From: Azolla caroliniana
Taxonomy: Eukaryota; Plantae; Polypodiophyta
Assembly: GCA_043228905.1 (NCBI GenBank)
Contig: JBHGNT010000001.1
Location: 558,001-622,000 of the forward strand
DNA length: 64,000 nt
Direction: 5' to 3'
The position numbers and the translations under genes were made by a program. Below the pieces are notes generated by a model. That model worked only from the letters and a program-made list of their open reading frames with translations, was not told the origin of the DNA and made no database searches. This document shows, in pieces, positions 50,901 to 60,332 of this stretch (the first letter of the stretch is position 1; the number at the start of each line of letters is the position of its first letter).

Positions 50901-53900
50901 TTGAGAGGAGAATGGATAAGCCTAAGTATGTACAAAGCTGAAATACATATATCTATCTAATTCCCATCATTTGTCGGCAATGAGCAAACCCCTCAGCTGG
51001 AAGACGTGAGAAGACCTGCAGGATTATCATTTGTATGTACTTTGACACAAGCTCAGTGCTCTTGCTGTCAAGAACATCTCTGATGAAATGATACTTCACC
51101 TGTTTGTCCCTCAATCTTGGTTTGAAACACAGGATTCCGTGCTAGCATGATAACATGTATTTCTGTAAAACCAAGATCTCCCACCTGACGATAAATCCAT
51201 AAATCCTGCTTGCAAACTTCACTGCCAGCTGCATACTCTGCCACTGTCACAATGAAGAACATGTATTTCTGTAAAACCAAGATCTCCCACCTGACAATAA
51301 ATCCATAAATCCTGCTTGCAAACTTCACTGCCAGCTGCATACTCTGCCTCTGTGGTAGACAATGCAACGCACTACTATAGCCTGGACATCCAAGAAACAA
51401 ACCCAGAAGTGGACTTTCTGCAGTCTGATGACCAGCATAGTCTACATCTGTAAAGCCAATGACAGATGCCTTCTGCTTTCAAAAGCAGATGCACAAATCC
51501 GTTGTGCCTTTGTGGTATCTACCTTTCATTGCTTCCCAACTATTTTTGCTAGGGGTTCTCATGTACCTGGTAACCACTCCCACTGGAAAAGCAATGTCAG
51601 GACATGCAGCAACCATAGCGTACATCAAACTGCCAACTGCTGAAGCATATAGAAGCAGATGTCAAACTAGTTTTTTCACTTAGTTTGACATATGGAGGCA
51701 ATGGAACCCCAATTGTCCTGGTGAAATGTTGCAAAACCTTGGTGACTACTCCTGTCGAGATCGAAAGAGTAATCCGTTTGACTGATTTTGGAGTATTCAC
51801 ATGCTGGGAATGTAATTTTCATTTCCAAGTTCCTTCATATCAAAGGTGCCATGAAAACTTTGATTCAATAAATCCACTTGAATACTTCTTGGTGTACTAG
51901 CAATGATCCATTGAGTATGTGTATTTCAGCTGGAAGACGTCCTCAACTTTGATACATGTGTATCATTGAGTTTGGCTCAAACTAGAAATATGCTAGTGTT
52001 GGCGTCCTCAATAACAAATAATGTAGTGATCCAAATATCATGATTTGCATACTATCATCTGATGTCATCTATTAGTTTGTATTTTAGACACATAGTAACG
52101 AGGTAATTGTGTTGTTTCAAGAAGGTATTTTTAACTGTCACTGAAACTCATGAAATCAGGCAAGAAAACAGTGCATCGCCCATGTGGAATACCTGATGGT
52201 AGATGATCCAAGGATCCCAAGTTCTGGGATCAGTCAGCATTGGGTTCCAATGTATGGAGAGGTTTATGCATCCAATCATTGTACGCTAGGACCAACATAA
52301 AACTACTTTAAATCCATGATTTGAGGAGTTGATTCTTGGCAGCATAAGCAATACTTGCCTTATTATTTAAACAAACCCTTTCAATATAGAACTCGAAATT
52401 GAATTTTAGAGTGAATGGAGAGTCACTTTAGGGTTCTGAGAGCTGTAAGTCGCAGTGCTGATTTTCTCTTATTTTAACTATACTCTTTAGAGATTACCTT
52501 GGAAGCTCTATATTCTTAAACCATGGGTTATGTTTAGAGGGTCTACACTCTATCGTCTTGTATTATCTTCTATTAATTATCAATAAAGAAGTCCAAAAGG
52601 GGCGCCAATCCTTAGCTCTATCTTCAGGAGAAATTTAGCTTCATGATGTGGGATTATCTTAGCAATTTCAACAGTGCAAGGATGTGTTTCTCTGTTTATA
52701 TATGATTGCACATAACAATTTAGCTGAAATTGGTGGTCCAAGTGCTGATTGGTGTTGGAAGTTCGAGAGGTCAATTTCTTCTTGCATTAACTCTTGGTGA
52801 TCATAATAATGCATTACAAATGAGCTCCATGTGAGTGCTGCCCAAATCATTGGACAAAGTTGTAATAGATTCCACTTGGGTATACCATATCACCACCAGG
52901 GCATATAGGTAATTCCAATTCAACACTGTATAGGATGTGTTTCTCCATTTATATAAGATTGTGTTAGTGTAAAGAATCGCCGTATGATTCTGTGCAGCGG
53001 AATAAGTTAGAGATGTGTGTTGTGTGTTTGTGTTTGAGAAGAGGAGAGGAGAGAGACACAAGATAAATAGAATAGACAATAGACAATACTCAAGAAGATT
53101 GTATATTACAAAGGAGATTAAAACCGACACATTACAAAGTAGGAGGAAGGTGCTTTATGTAGTCACCCTCTCTCTTCATTAACTACCGAAGCTCATCGGT
53201 CATGGGGAATGTGGAAACTCATTAGTTATGTGTCATAGAATATGATTCTATGACACATAGTTAATGCTACAAAAGTAGTGATGACTTTTGACCTTTGAGT
53301 GTACATGGATTCTCAAAGGGTGTGTTCACACACTAGACTAGGTTGAGCTTGATTCTCAACAGTTAGGAAACAAGTCCCTTTGGATAGGAGAAGAGCACGA
53401 GCCGGATCGGAAGGATCCGATGAAGAAACAAGACTGGATCCAGAGAGGTGTCTGGATCAGATCCGGATAGGCATCCGGAAAAGGCCAAAATTGTAATTAG
53501 GTTTTGCTGCGCCTATTTGGGCCAGAATTGTAAATAGCCCTAAAGTTGTATTAGTATAAATACAACTAGGGCAAATCATTTTGGTATTATTATGATGATG
53601 ATGATGATGAACAGTTGCTGTTGGTAGTTGCCTCTGTAACTAAGAGTGTATAGGAGAGTAAGATAGAGTTGTATCTGTCATAATCTGACGAAGAGGAGCT
53701 CAAGGTTGTTGCCTTAGAGTCTCCTGTGTATATTCCTCTTACCATAGTAATATAGTTCGGAGTTTGGGACTCCCGTGGTTTTTCCCTTTCCGGGTTTTCC
53801 ACGTTAAAATCTTGTATCTCTGTACTTTTGTTTTCTGTCGGTTCAATCTTTGCACCCGCATTCACATTAGTGATAACCGGTTGTGGCCTACAGGATCCTC

Positions 53901-55361
53901 ACAGATTGCACATAACAATTTAGCTGAAATTGGTGGTCCAATTGATGATTGGTGTTTTACCACTCTCTGGAAGTTCCAGAGGTCAATTTCTTCCCACATT
54001 AACTCATTGTGATCTCAATAATCCATCACAAATGAATTTCATGTGAGCGTTGTCCAAAACATTGGACAAAGTTGTAATAGATTTATCTTGGCTATCTCCA
54101 CCGGGACATAGATAATTCCAATTCTAAGCAAATGCAGATCATCATCTGTCAGGATCCAGGGATGTTTGGAAGATAGATGAAAATGTGTAAAATTGCTATG
54201 AAAAATGGTGAAGTAGTAAATTACATCCTGTTAGCCAACCAATTTCGGTCTCCTAATCTCCTGGATGATTTGAGGATTATAACCTGTAAATCAAACAATC
54301 TCAGCCAGAAAATATTCCAATCAACTAAGAGAAAAAGGGTTTATGAATATATATACTCTGTTGGAAATCAAGCACTGGTTGCAAAATTTATAGATTATTA
54401 AATGGCCGGGATCTGTACTTTATAGATGTACTTGCATCTGATATCTCTTTATGCAGCATGCAAGCATGGACGTTAACATTCAGTTGAAAAAAGAAGCTGA
54501 TTTTTATGGGGATGTAGTTATTGTACCATTCCTGGATCGTTATGAATTGTTGGTGCTGAAAACTGTTGCAATATGCGAGTATGCTGTAAGGAATATACTT
54601 TTCTTTTATTTTCCATTTTGGTTCATCAATGTTAAGAAGCTTCTTTTATGCATAACAAAATATAAATGTCTGTAGATTCGGAATACTTCTGCTAAATACA
54701 TCATGAAATGCGATGATGACAACTTTGTGCGAGTGGAAACAGTTGTAAATGAGGTCAAAGCAACGGGCCATGAACATGGACTTTACATGGGGAACATAAA
54801 CTTAGATCATAAACCTTTACGGACAGGCAAATGGGCAGTGACATTCGAGGTAATAACACTTCTAATATACTGAATGTTTTTGGGGTTGAGTGTAGAATGT
54901 TTTTGGGCTTTATAAAATGTGCTATATTCTTATTTTGAAATATATTGACACTTCTGATAGGATTGGCCAGAAGAGGAATATCCTCCATATGCTAATGGAC
55001 CTGGATATATAGTTACAAGGGATATAGCAAACTTTATTGTGTCAGAACGTGCGAATAACACGCTCCGGGTATATGTCGCTCTATTCATGATATATTGTTT
55101 TGCTATTTAACTCACTTTGGTTTTTTGGTTGCTTATGGGGGTTTTTGTTTCCGCATATAGATATTCAAGATGGAGGATGTTAGCATGGGCATGTGGGTTG
55201 TCCAATACAATCTTTGGCAACGAGTTCACTATCAACACAGCTTTAAATTTTGCCAATTTGGATGCATCCACGGCTATTATACGGCTCATTATCAGTCACC
55301 TCAACATATGTTGTGTATGTGGGAGAAATTGTCTCAAGGGAAAGCAGAATGCTGTACATGA
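44980..55361 (+). CDS. Hydroxyproline O-galactosyltransferase, GT31 with galectin domain (GALT2-6 clade), 659 aa, 7 exons
   Basis: Exons 44980-45832, 46580-46812, 48478-48759, 54457-54585, 54676-54849, 54961-55068, 55161-55361, GT-AG, 1980 nt in frame. It has an N-terminal TM anchor, a galectin region ([30 protein letters not shown]), and GT31 motifs [57 protein letters not shown] and [12 protein letters not shown]. Confidence 0.95.
48794..48873. repeat. Compound (TG)n/(GA)n microsatellite near the start of GALT intron 3
   Basis: Direct reading. Confidence 0.95.
49597..50048 (-). mobile_element. Solo LTR (452 bp) with 5-bp TSD TTGAG in GALT intron 3
   Basis: TGTGAGAA...CTCCAACA, with TTGAG at 49592-49596 and 50049-50053. 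A minus-strand TATAAATAGG lies near 49790, and there is an internal ~34-bp duplication AGAAGGC.TTTAAA..GTTG.AGATTCTAGAGAG. Confidence 0.88.
50085..50244. repeat. Two-copy tandem duplication, period ~88 bp
   Basis: ATAAATCCATCC..TGACAT..ACCAA.AGATGTTGTGGGA.TGATC..CCTTC..TTTTCCAAT x2. Confidence 0.85.
50380..52400 (-). mobile_element. Scrambled remnants of a non-L1 LINE (RTE/RTEX-like) in GALT intron 3
   Basis: [18 protein letters not shown] (ORF 50386-50628) is the L..P.L.YG.E.WG post-RT motif of RTE-like clades. [11 protein letters not shown] (ORF 51597-51800) resembles the approach to GVKQGCPLSP. No intact ORF; limits are approximate. Confidence 0.55.
51152..51348. repeat. Near-perfect tandem duplication, period ~106 bp
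   Basis: AACATGTATTTCTGTAAAACCAAGATCTCCCACCTGAC.ATAAATCCATAAATCCTGCTTGCAAACTTCACTGCCAGCTGCATACTCTGCC at 51152 and 51258. Confidence 0.93.
52962..53903 (+). mobile_element. Outer solo LTR with 5-bp TSD GATTG (same family as 1534-2203)
   Basis: After removing the nested insert it reads TGTTAGGAAACAAGTCCC...GGATCCTCACA. GATTG lies at 52957-52961 and 53904-53908. It shares TTGTAAATAGCC..TAGTATAAATA..TAGGGCAAA and GGTTTTTCCC..GGGTTTTCCACGT with the 1534 LTR. Confidence 0.9.
52968..53361 (-). mobile_element. Inner solo LTR (394 bp) with 5-bp TSD GTTAG
   Basis: TGTAAAGAATC...GATTCTCAACA (imperfect 11-bp terminal inverted repeat), with GTTAG at 52963-52967 and 53362-53366. Orientation is inferred from composition and a TATA-like motif. 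Confidence 0.88.
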
Positions 55362-56451
55362 GAAATAGAGCATATATTAATTTTGTTATTATTCATACTT
55401 CCTCATTGATTGTTACATTATGCCACAGTATATCCAGAAACATTCAGAAAGAATTGTTATTGAGTGGTGGGGCTGGAAGGCACTTAAAAAAATCTCACCA
55501 TGAGCAACACCATTAGGCATTAAAAAGGGAGGAGAGGTATGCTAATAGATTGCCTTTATACGGGCTTATTTCTTGGATTAAGTTGAATTGAATCCTTGTT
55601 GAGCTATTCCCATCATCATGTATCATCTTTTTTTGAATATATCCATAACACGATCTTTTCCCAGAAATGTTGTATACTTTCCCCAAAAAACAATCATTGT
55701 AACTTGATTTTGGAGATAAACAAGAATTGGATTGGATGCTCGACTACTATTGTATTTGCTTCAAATTTTATTTATTTATTTTCTTTGGTTATTTGAGGCA
55801 CTGCGTTGCATTTATTTATGTTCAGGTGTTACATTACATGTGAAACAGAAGGTTTGTTTTGGTACCAGTGTACCACCTGTGTGTAACGGTAGAGTTGGAG
55901 CAATGAGCAATAATAGGAGAACTGCAGAGAAATGGCTGAGGGTGGACATTCATATGGCTTTTTGGACCCCCTCCAAAAGCAATTCATTCGGGGGTCAGAA
56001 AGCTTATTTGAATTGTTTTGCACATATAGAACTCTAATGCAATTACCTCTTCTAGACAACTAGTATGTTGTGCGTATAAGTGGCCATTTACCAAAATGCC
56101 CTTTAAAACTATGCCAAAATGTTGTTCAACTATTAGCAAACTCAACACATGTGGTATTTGTATTTTTACTACCTAATTTCTAAATATATAAGACTACATT
56201 ATCCCCTTCTCTCAATTAACCCACACTTTATTAATGGATTGGTGCATCATTAATTGCACAATGCTTCTTAAATTATGGTATTAGTAATTGCACATATTCT
56301 TTGCAATAGCTTGCAACAAGGTGATACAAATATACACTAAGGGCAAAGAAAGTGAAGAAATGACTAGAATGGGAGATCAATGAATAAGTGATGGACAAAG
56401 GTATCCAAATCATTACAAGCATATTGAAACAAGAAAAAGAAGATGGACGTC

Positions 56452-56642
56452 CTAATTTGCTTTAAAAAAGTGGCAATGATCTTTGGGCAATGGGGTATGC
56501 CTAAAGTTGAAAAGAGGATTACCACGCAAGTGTAAGAATATAACCACTAATTTGCTTTAAAAAAGTGGCAATGATCTTTGGGCAATGGGGTATGCCTAAA
56601 GTTGAAAAGAGGATTACCATGCAAGTGTAAGAATATAACCAC
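56452..56642. repeat. Near-perfect 95-bp tandem duplication
   Basis: CTAATTTGCTTTAAAAAAGTGGCAATG...GAATATAACCAC x2. One C/T difference at a CpG is visible (CACG vs CATG). Confidence 0.95.
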
Positions 56643-57336
56643 GAATTTTGAAATTTTGAAATGTTTCAATTATATTAGTATTCTTGGCATTGTTTGTCTT
56701 TCTAATGTTTTAGGAATATGTGGTCATAGTTTTTTAAACAAAAGATTGATTTTTTCAGTCAATGAATTGTTGCAAACTAATAGATGATGTAAAGCAGCAA
56801 AAATGTATTGTTTAAAAGTGGAGTTATTGATTTCAAAGAAGTTGAATTATTGAGTAAACATAATCATAGAACGTGGAGTGCTTTATATTGCTATATATCA
56901 AACTTAAGGGCAATAAAATGTTGACATTGAAATCTTGGGTAAGAATATTGTAATGGAATATATAAAAGTAAAGCCTATTACTCAAAGTCGCGTCTTGAGG
57001 GAGAACTTTTCTGTCAACAAATGTTTATCTAGAAGTTTCTAGTGACATTAGAAATCCAAGGGAAAGAAGCCAATCATGAATGATTATACTAAAAAAATAT
57101 AATCATCACAAATTTGATATCTTCATAATTGGGCTAGTGACTTGTAAGTCATCAACTCAAATCACTAGACAACCTATGGGGCTTGATCACATGTCAATGG
57201 AACTTGAAAATTCAAATCCTATTTCACTTCAATTTCATCCCATTGAAGATTTATTGAGACACAAATTCCTAAACTTACCAACATAGGGGAACGGGTCATA
57301 GAGACCCGACAATGATGCATTGGGTAGCTACTAGCA

Positions 57337-57361
57337 ATATATATATATATATATATATATA
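57337..57361. repeat. (AT)n microsatellite upstream of the dirigent gene
   Basis: Direct reading. Confidence 0.95.
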
Positions 57362-57562
57362 ATACTAACAAAAACAATTCCCAAATACAATACCACAAAT
57401 TCTACTATTTATGGGCATGGTCACTGAAACTTACAAGCTTAAATCCAATTCCCCATCAATTCAATCCCATTTGAGGCTTGACCATATCACCATCTTGGTG
57501 ATCAACACAATTAACCCTAAACTTATTAAGTTACGGAAAGGGGCCATACAATCAAGACAATA

Positions 57563-58132
57563 ATGTCTGCTTGGGTAGCAATGTTAGTACTAATAACAAC
57601 AATTTTCCAAACTATTGGCAATGTTAATGTGGGGGCAAATGATGTTCTAAAGCCAAGCAAAATTGTGTGCTACTTGCACATTGATCGCAACATCAATTTT
57701 GTGCAGTTGGCCAATAGTACTAGTGCAACCATTGGCAACATTGCCTTCAATGCGTCAATTCGTGGCCTTGTGTTGCCCATCACCTCCACCAAAAGGCGCA
57801 ACTCAAAGTTACTCGGTTATGCTCGTGGCCTCTCATTCCAAACATCACCCACAACAAATCAAAGCGATAACATTAATGTTGCCCCAGGCCGCGAGCAATT
57901 GTTTGAGACCATCGAATATGACAACGGGGTTCTAAATGGTACCATCTCGCTCCACGGAGAGATAAGCTTCCCACCAACATCCAGTGACGAGATTGCCATT
58001 GTTGGTGGCACGCGTTCGTTCCTTTGCACTCAAGGCTATGGTATCCCATCCCTAATCAATTCACCATCTTCAGACTCTATCATCTTCCGTTGGGAGCTCC
58101 ATCTCTTCTACACCACTCAATGCTCCCGCTAA
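57563..58132 (+). CDS. Secreted dirigent-like protein (divergent), intronless, 189 aa
   Basis: Hydrophobic signal-peptide-like N-terminus. Dirigent motifs occur in order: CYLH, SKLLGYARG, NGTISLHG, EIAIVGGTRSF..QGY. N-glycosylation sequons NST, NAS, NQS and NGT are present. Confidence 0.85.
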   Translation: MSAWVAMLVLITTIFQTIGNVNVGANDVLKPSKIVCYLHIDRNINFVQLANSTSATIGNIAFNASIRGLVLPITSTKRRNSKLLGYARGLSFQTSPTTNQSDNINVAPGREQLFETIEYDNGVLNGTISLHGEISFPPTSSDEIAIVGGTRSFLCTQGYGIPSLINSPSSDSIIFRWELHLFYTTQCSR

Positions 58133-58568
58133 GTATTTGTATTTGTCATTGTAATAACTATTTGGACTAAGCTTTCCAAAACAATATGTTTTGTAACACT
58201 AAACCTTAAATAAAAAAGGTAAGCAAACAAGTTTGGGTGCTTAAAGCGCAATGCGGAAGCGTTACCTTTGTAAATAAATCATTTCTATGTAACAAATTAT
58301 TGATATAGATTCTCAAACTCCAAATTTGAACACAAATGGTTAGCAATGGGTTTGATGTTGTGTTCATAAAACAAACTTCTTTTACGGTTTTTAAGAACAA
58401 GACAGCCTCCATTCCATGGCTACAAATAAAAATTAATCTTACTAACATGGATTATAGAAGCACTAGCGATTATGGTGTTATGTGTATACATATAGAGAAG
58501 GAGAGCGCGCATACTAAGACAGACTCCATAGCTCAAGAGAAAAGACGCTGGATTCTATACGATCATCT

Positions 58569-60332
58569 GTGGATTCTGCTGCTTCCCTCCTTCGGTACTA
58601 TAGCAAAACTAAGGACCTTGGCAGTGGGAGAATCCTCCACGCCCAATTGATAATCAGATATGGCCTTCTTGATACGCATACTCTCCTCTCCAATTGCCTT
58701 ATGGAAATGTATGGGAATTGTGGTAGCCTGCAGGATGCCATATCGGTTTTCCATAATGTGGGGTTCCCTAACAACTACAGCCATAACATCATGATGAAGA
58801 TCTATGGTGTTTTTGGCATGGCTAGCAATGCCAAAGCCATGTTTGGATGCATACAAAACCCAGATATATGTTCATGGACTACTCTCATGAATGCGTATGG
58901 TCAGAATGGATTTGTCAATCATGCCATGGATGTGTTTGATTCCATGCCTCATCGCAATGTGGTATCATGGTCATCAATCATAGCCACATGTGCCCAAAAT
59001 CTATATGGCCATGACGCGTTGAGCTTGTTTTGCCACATGCAAATGGATGGGATTGTAGCAAATCCAGTCACATACACATGTGCTCTTGATGCATGTGCGA
59101 TTGAAAAGGATCTTGAGAATGGGCAAAAGATCCACGCTTCTATACATATGCAAGGTTGTATTATAGATGTTGCTCTCGGCACATCACTCTTGAATATGTA
59201 TGGGAAATGTGGCAGTGTCTACGATGCAAGGGATTGTTTTTCTGATCTTACCCATCGAAATGTGGCATCGTGGACAGCCATGATAACATCCGAATCAGAT
59301 TTTGGATGCAATCGAAAAGTATTAGATCTGCTTAACTTGATGCAGCTCAATGGTATCAGGCCCGACCATATCACCTTTATGTATGCTATCGATGCTTGTG
59401 GCCAAATGAGAGAGTTACAAATGGGTCATATCGTGAATGCTGCCATCATTGAAGCAAACTTTGACAGTGATGTGTTTATTGAGAGTGCAGTCATTGTTAT
59501 GTATGGAAGATGTGGAAAGCTATGTGATGCAGAGTGTATTTTCTATATATCATCTCGTTGCGATATAGTATCTTGGACGGGTATATTAGGAACTTTTGCA
59601 CAATTTGGGGAAGGATTGCTCGCATTAGAGTATTTCAACCGGATGTGCCTCGAGGGTATTTGCCCAGACAAGGTCGTGCTGAGTAATGCCATCGATGCAT
59701 GTGCTAGCTTGCAAATCCTCAATAAAGCAAGGCAGATACATACTATTATGCTAAGCACTTTTATATGTGGCTTTGATGTACAGATTAAGAATGCTCTTCT
59801 CAATATGTATGGAAAATCAGGTTGTTTGCATGAAGCAAGAATTCTGTTTCAAAGACTACCCAACAAGGACATTTACTCCTGGAATACAATAATCGGAGCA
59901 TGTCTTCACAATGGTAAAGAAGAAGAAGCATTGGATCTTTTCAATAACATGCAAGCACAAGGTGTTGAACCAGATAGTATCTCTTTTATCTATTGTCTGA
60001 CAGCATGTAGTCATGCTGGGTGGATTGAGATGGGGAAGGAACTGTTTTTGCTTATGATTGAAAACCATGTGAAACAACAAAATTTTGATCACCACTTATG
60101 TATGATTGATTTACTTGGACGTGGTGGACATTTACATGAGGCGGAATATTTAGCTCAAAACATATTATTGTCTGGGAAGGCTGTTTTGGGATGGTTGAGC
60201 CTACTTGGTGCATGTAAAGTCCATGGTGATGCACAAAGAGGATTGCAAGCTGCATATTTTTGTATTGAATTGGATCCAGACAATACTGCGCCATATGTTT
60301 TGTGCTCAAATATGTGCCATATAGAATCATGA
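58569..60332 (+). CDS. PLS-class pentatricopeptide-repeat protein ending in E1 and a truncated E2 (organellar RNA-editing factor type)
   Basis: A 587-codon open frame with about 16 P/L/S motifs (e.g. LLNMYGKCGSVYDARDCF, SWNTIIGACLHNGKEEEALDLF, LTACSHAGWIEMG, CMIDLLGRGGHLHEA). These are followed by WLSLLGACKVHGD..ELDPDNTAPYVLCSN and a stop. The listed start is a GTG, and the true start is unresolved. Confidence 0.9.
   Translation: MDSAASLLRYYSKTKDLGSGRILHAQLIIRYGLLDTHTLLSNCLMEMYGNCGSLQDAISVFHNVGFPNNYSHNIMMKIYGVFGMASNAKAMFGCIQNPDICSWTTLMNAYGQNGFVNHAMDVFDSMPHRNVVSWSSIIATCAQNLYGHDALSLFCHMQMDGIVANPVTYTCALDACAIEKDLENGQKIHASIHMQGCIIDVALGTSLLNMYGKCGSVYDARDCFSDLTHRNVASWTAMITSESDFGCNRKVLDLLNLMQLNGIRPDHITFMYAIDACGQMRELQMGHIVNAAIIEANFDSDVFIESAVIVMYGRCGKLCDAECIFYISSRCDIVSWTGILGTFAQFGEGLLALEYFNRMCLEGICPDKVVLSNAIDACASLQILNKARQIHTIMLSTFICGFDVQIKNALLNMYGKSGCLHEARILFQRLPNKDIYSWNTIIGACLHNGKEEEALDLFNNMQAQGVEPDSISFIYCLTACSHAGWIEMGKELFLLMIENHVKQQNFDHHLCMIDLLGRGGHLHEAEYLAQNILLSGKAVLGWLSLLGACKVHGDAQRGLQAAYFCIELDPDNTAPYVLCSNMCHIES

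Larger units (their letters stand above)
52679..54125. repeat. Tandem ~250-bp duplication whose second copy is split by nested solo LTRs
   Basis: Copy 1 is 52679-52926. Copy 2 is 52932-52961 plus 53909-54125 (AGGATGTGTTTCTC..TTTATATA.GATTG|CACATAACAATTTAGCTGAAATTGGTGGTCCA..TTGGACAAAGTTGTAATAGATT). Confidence 0.88.
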
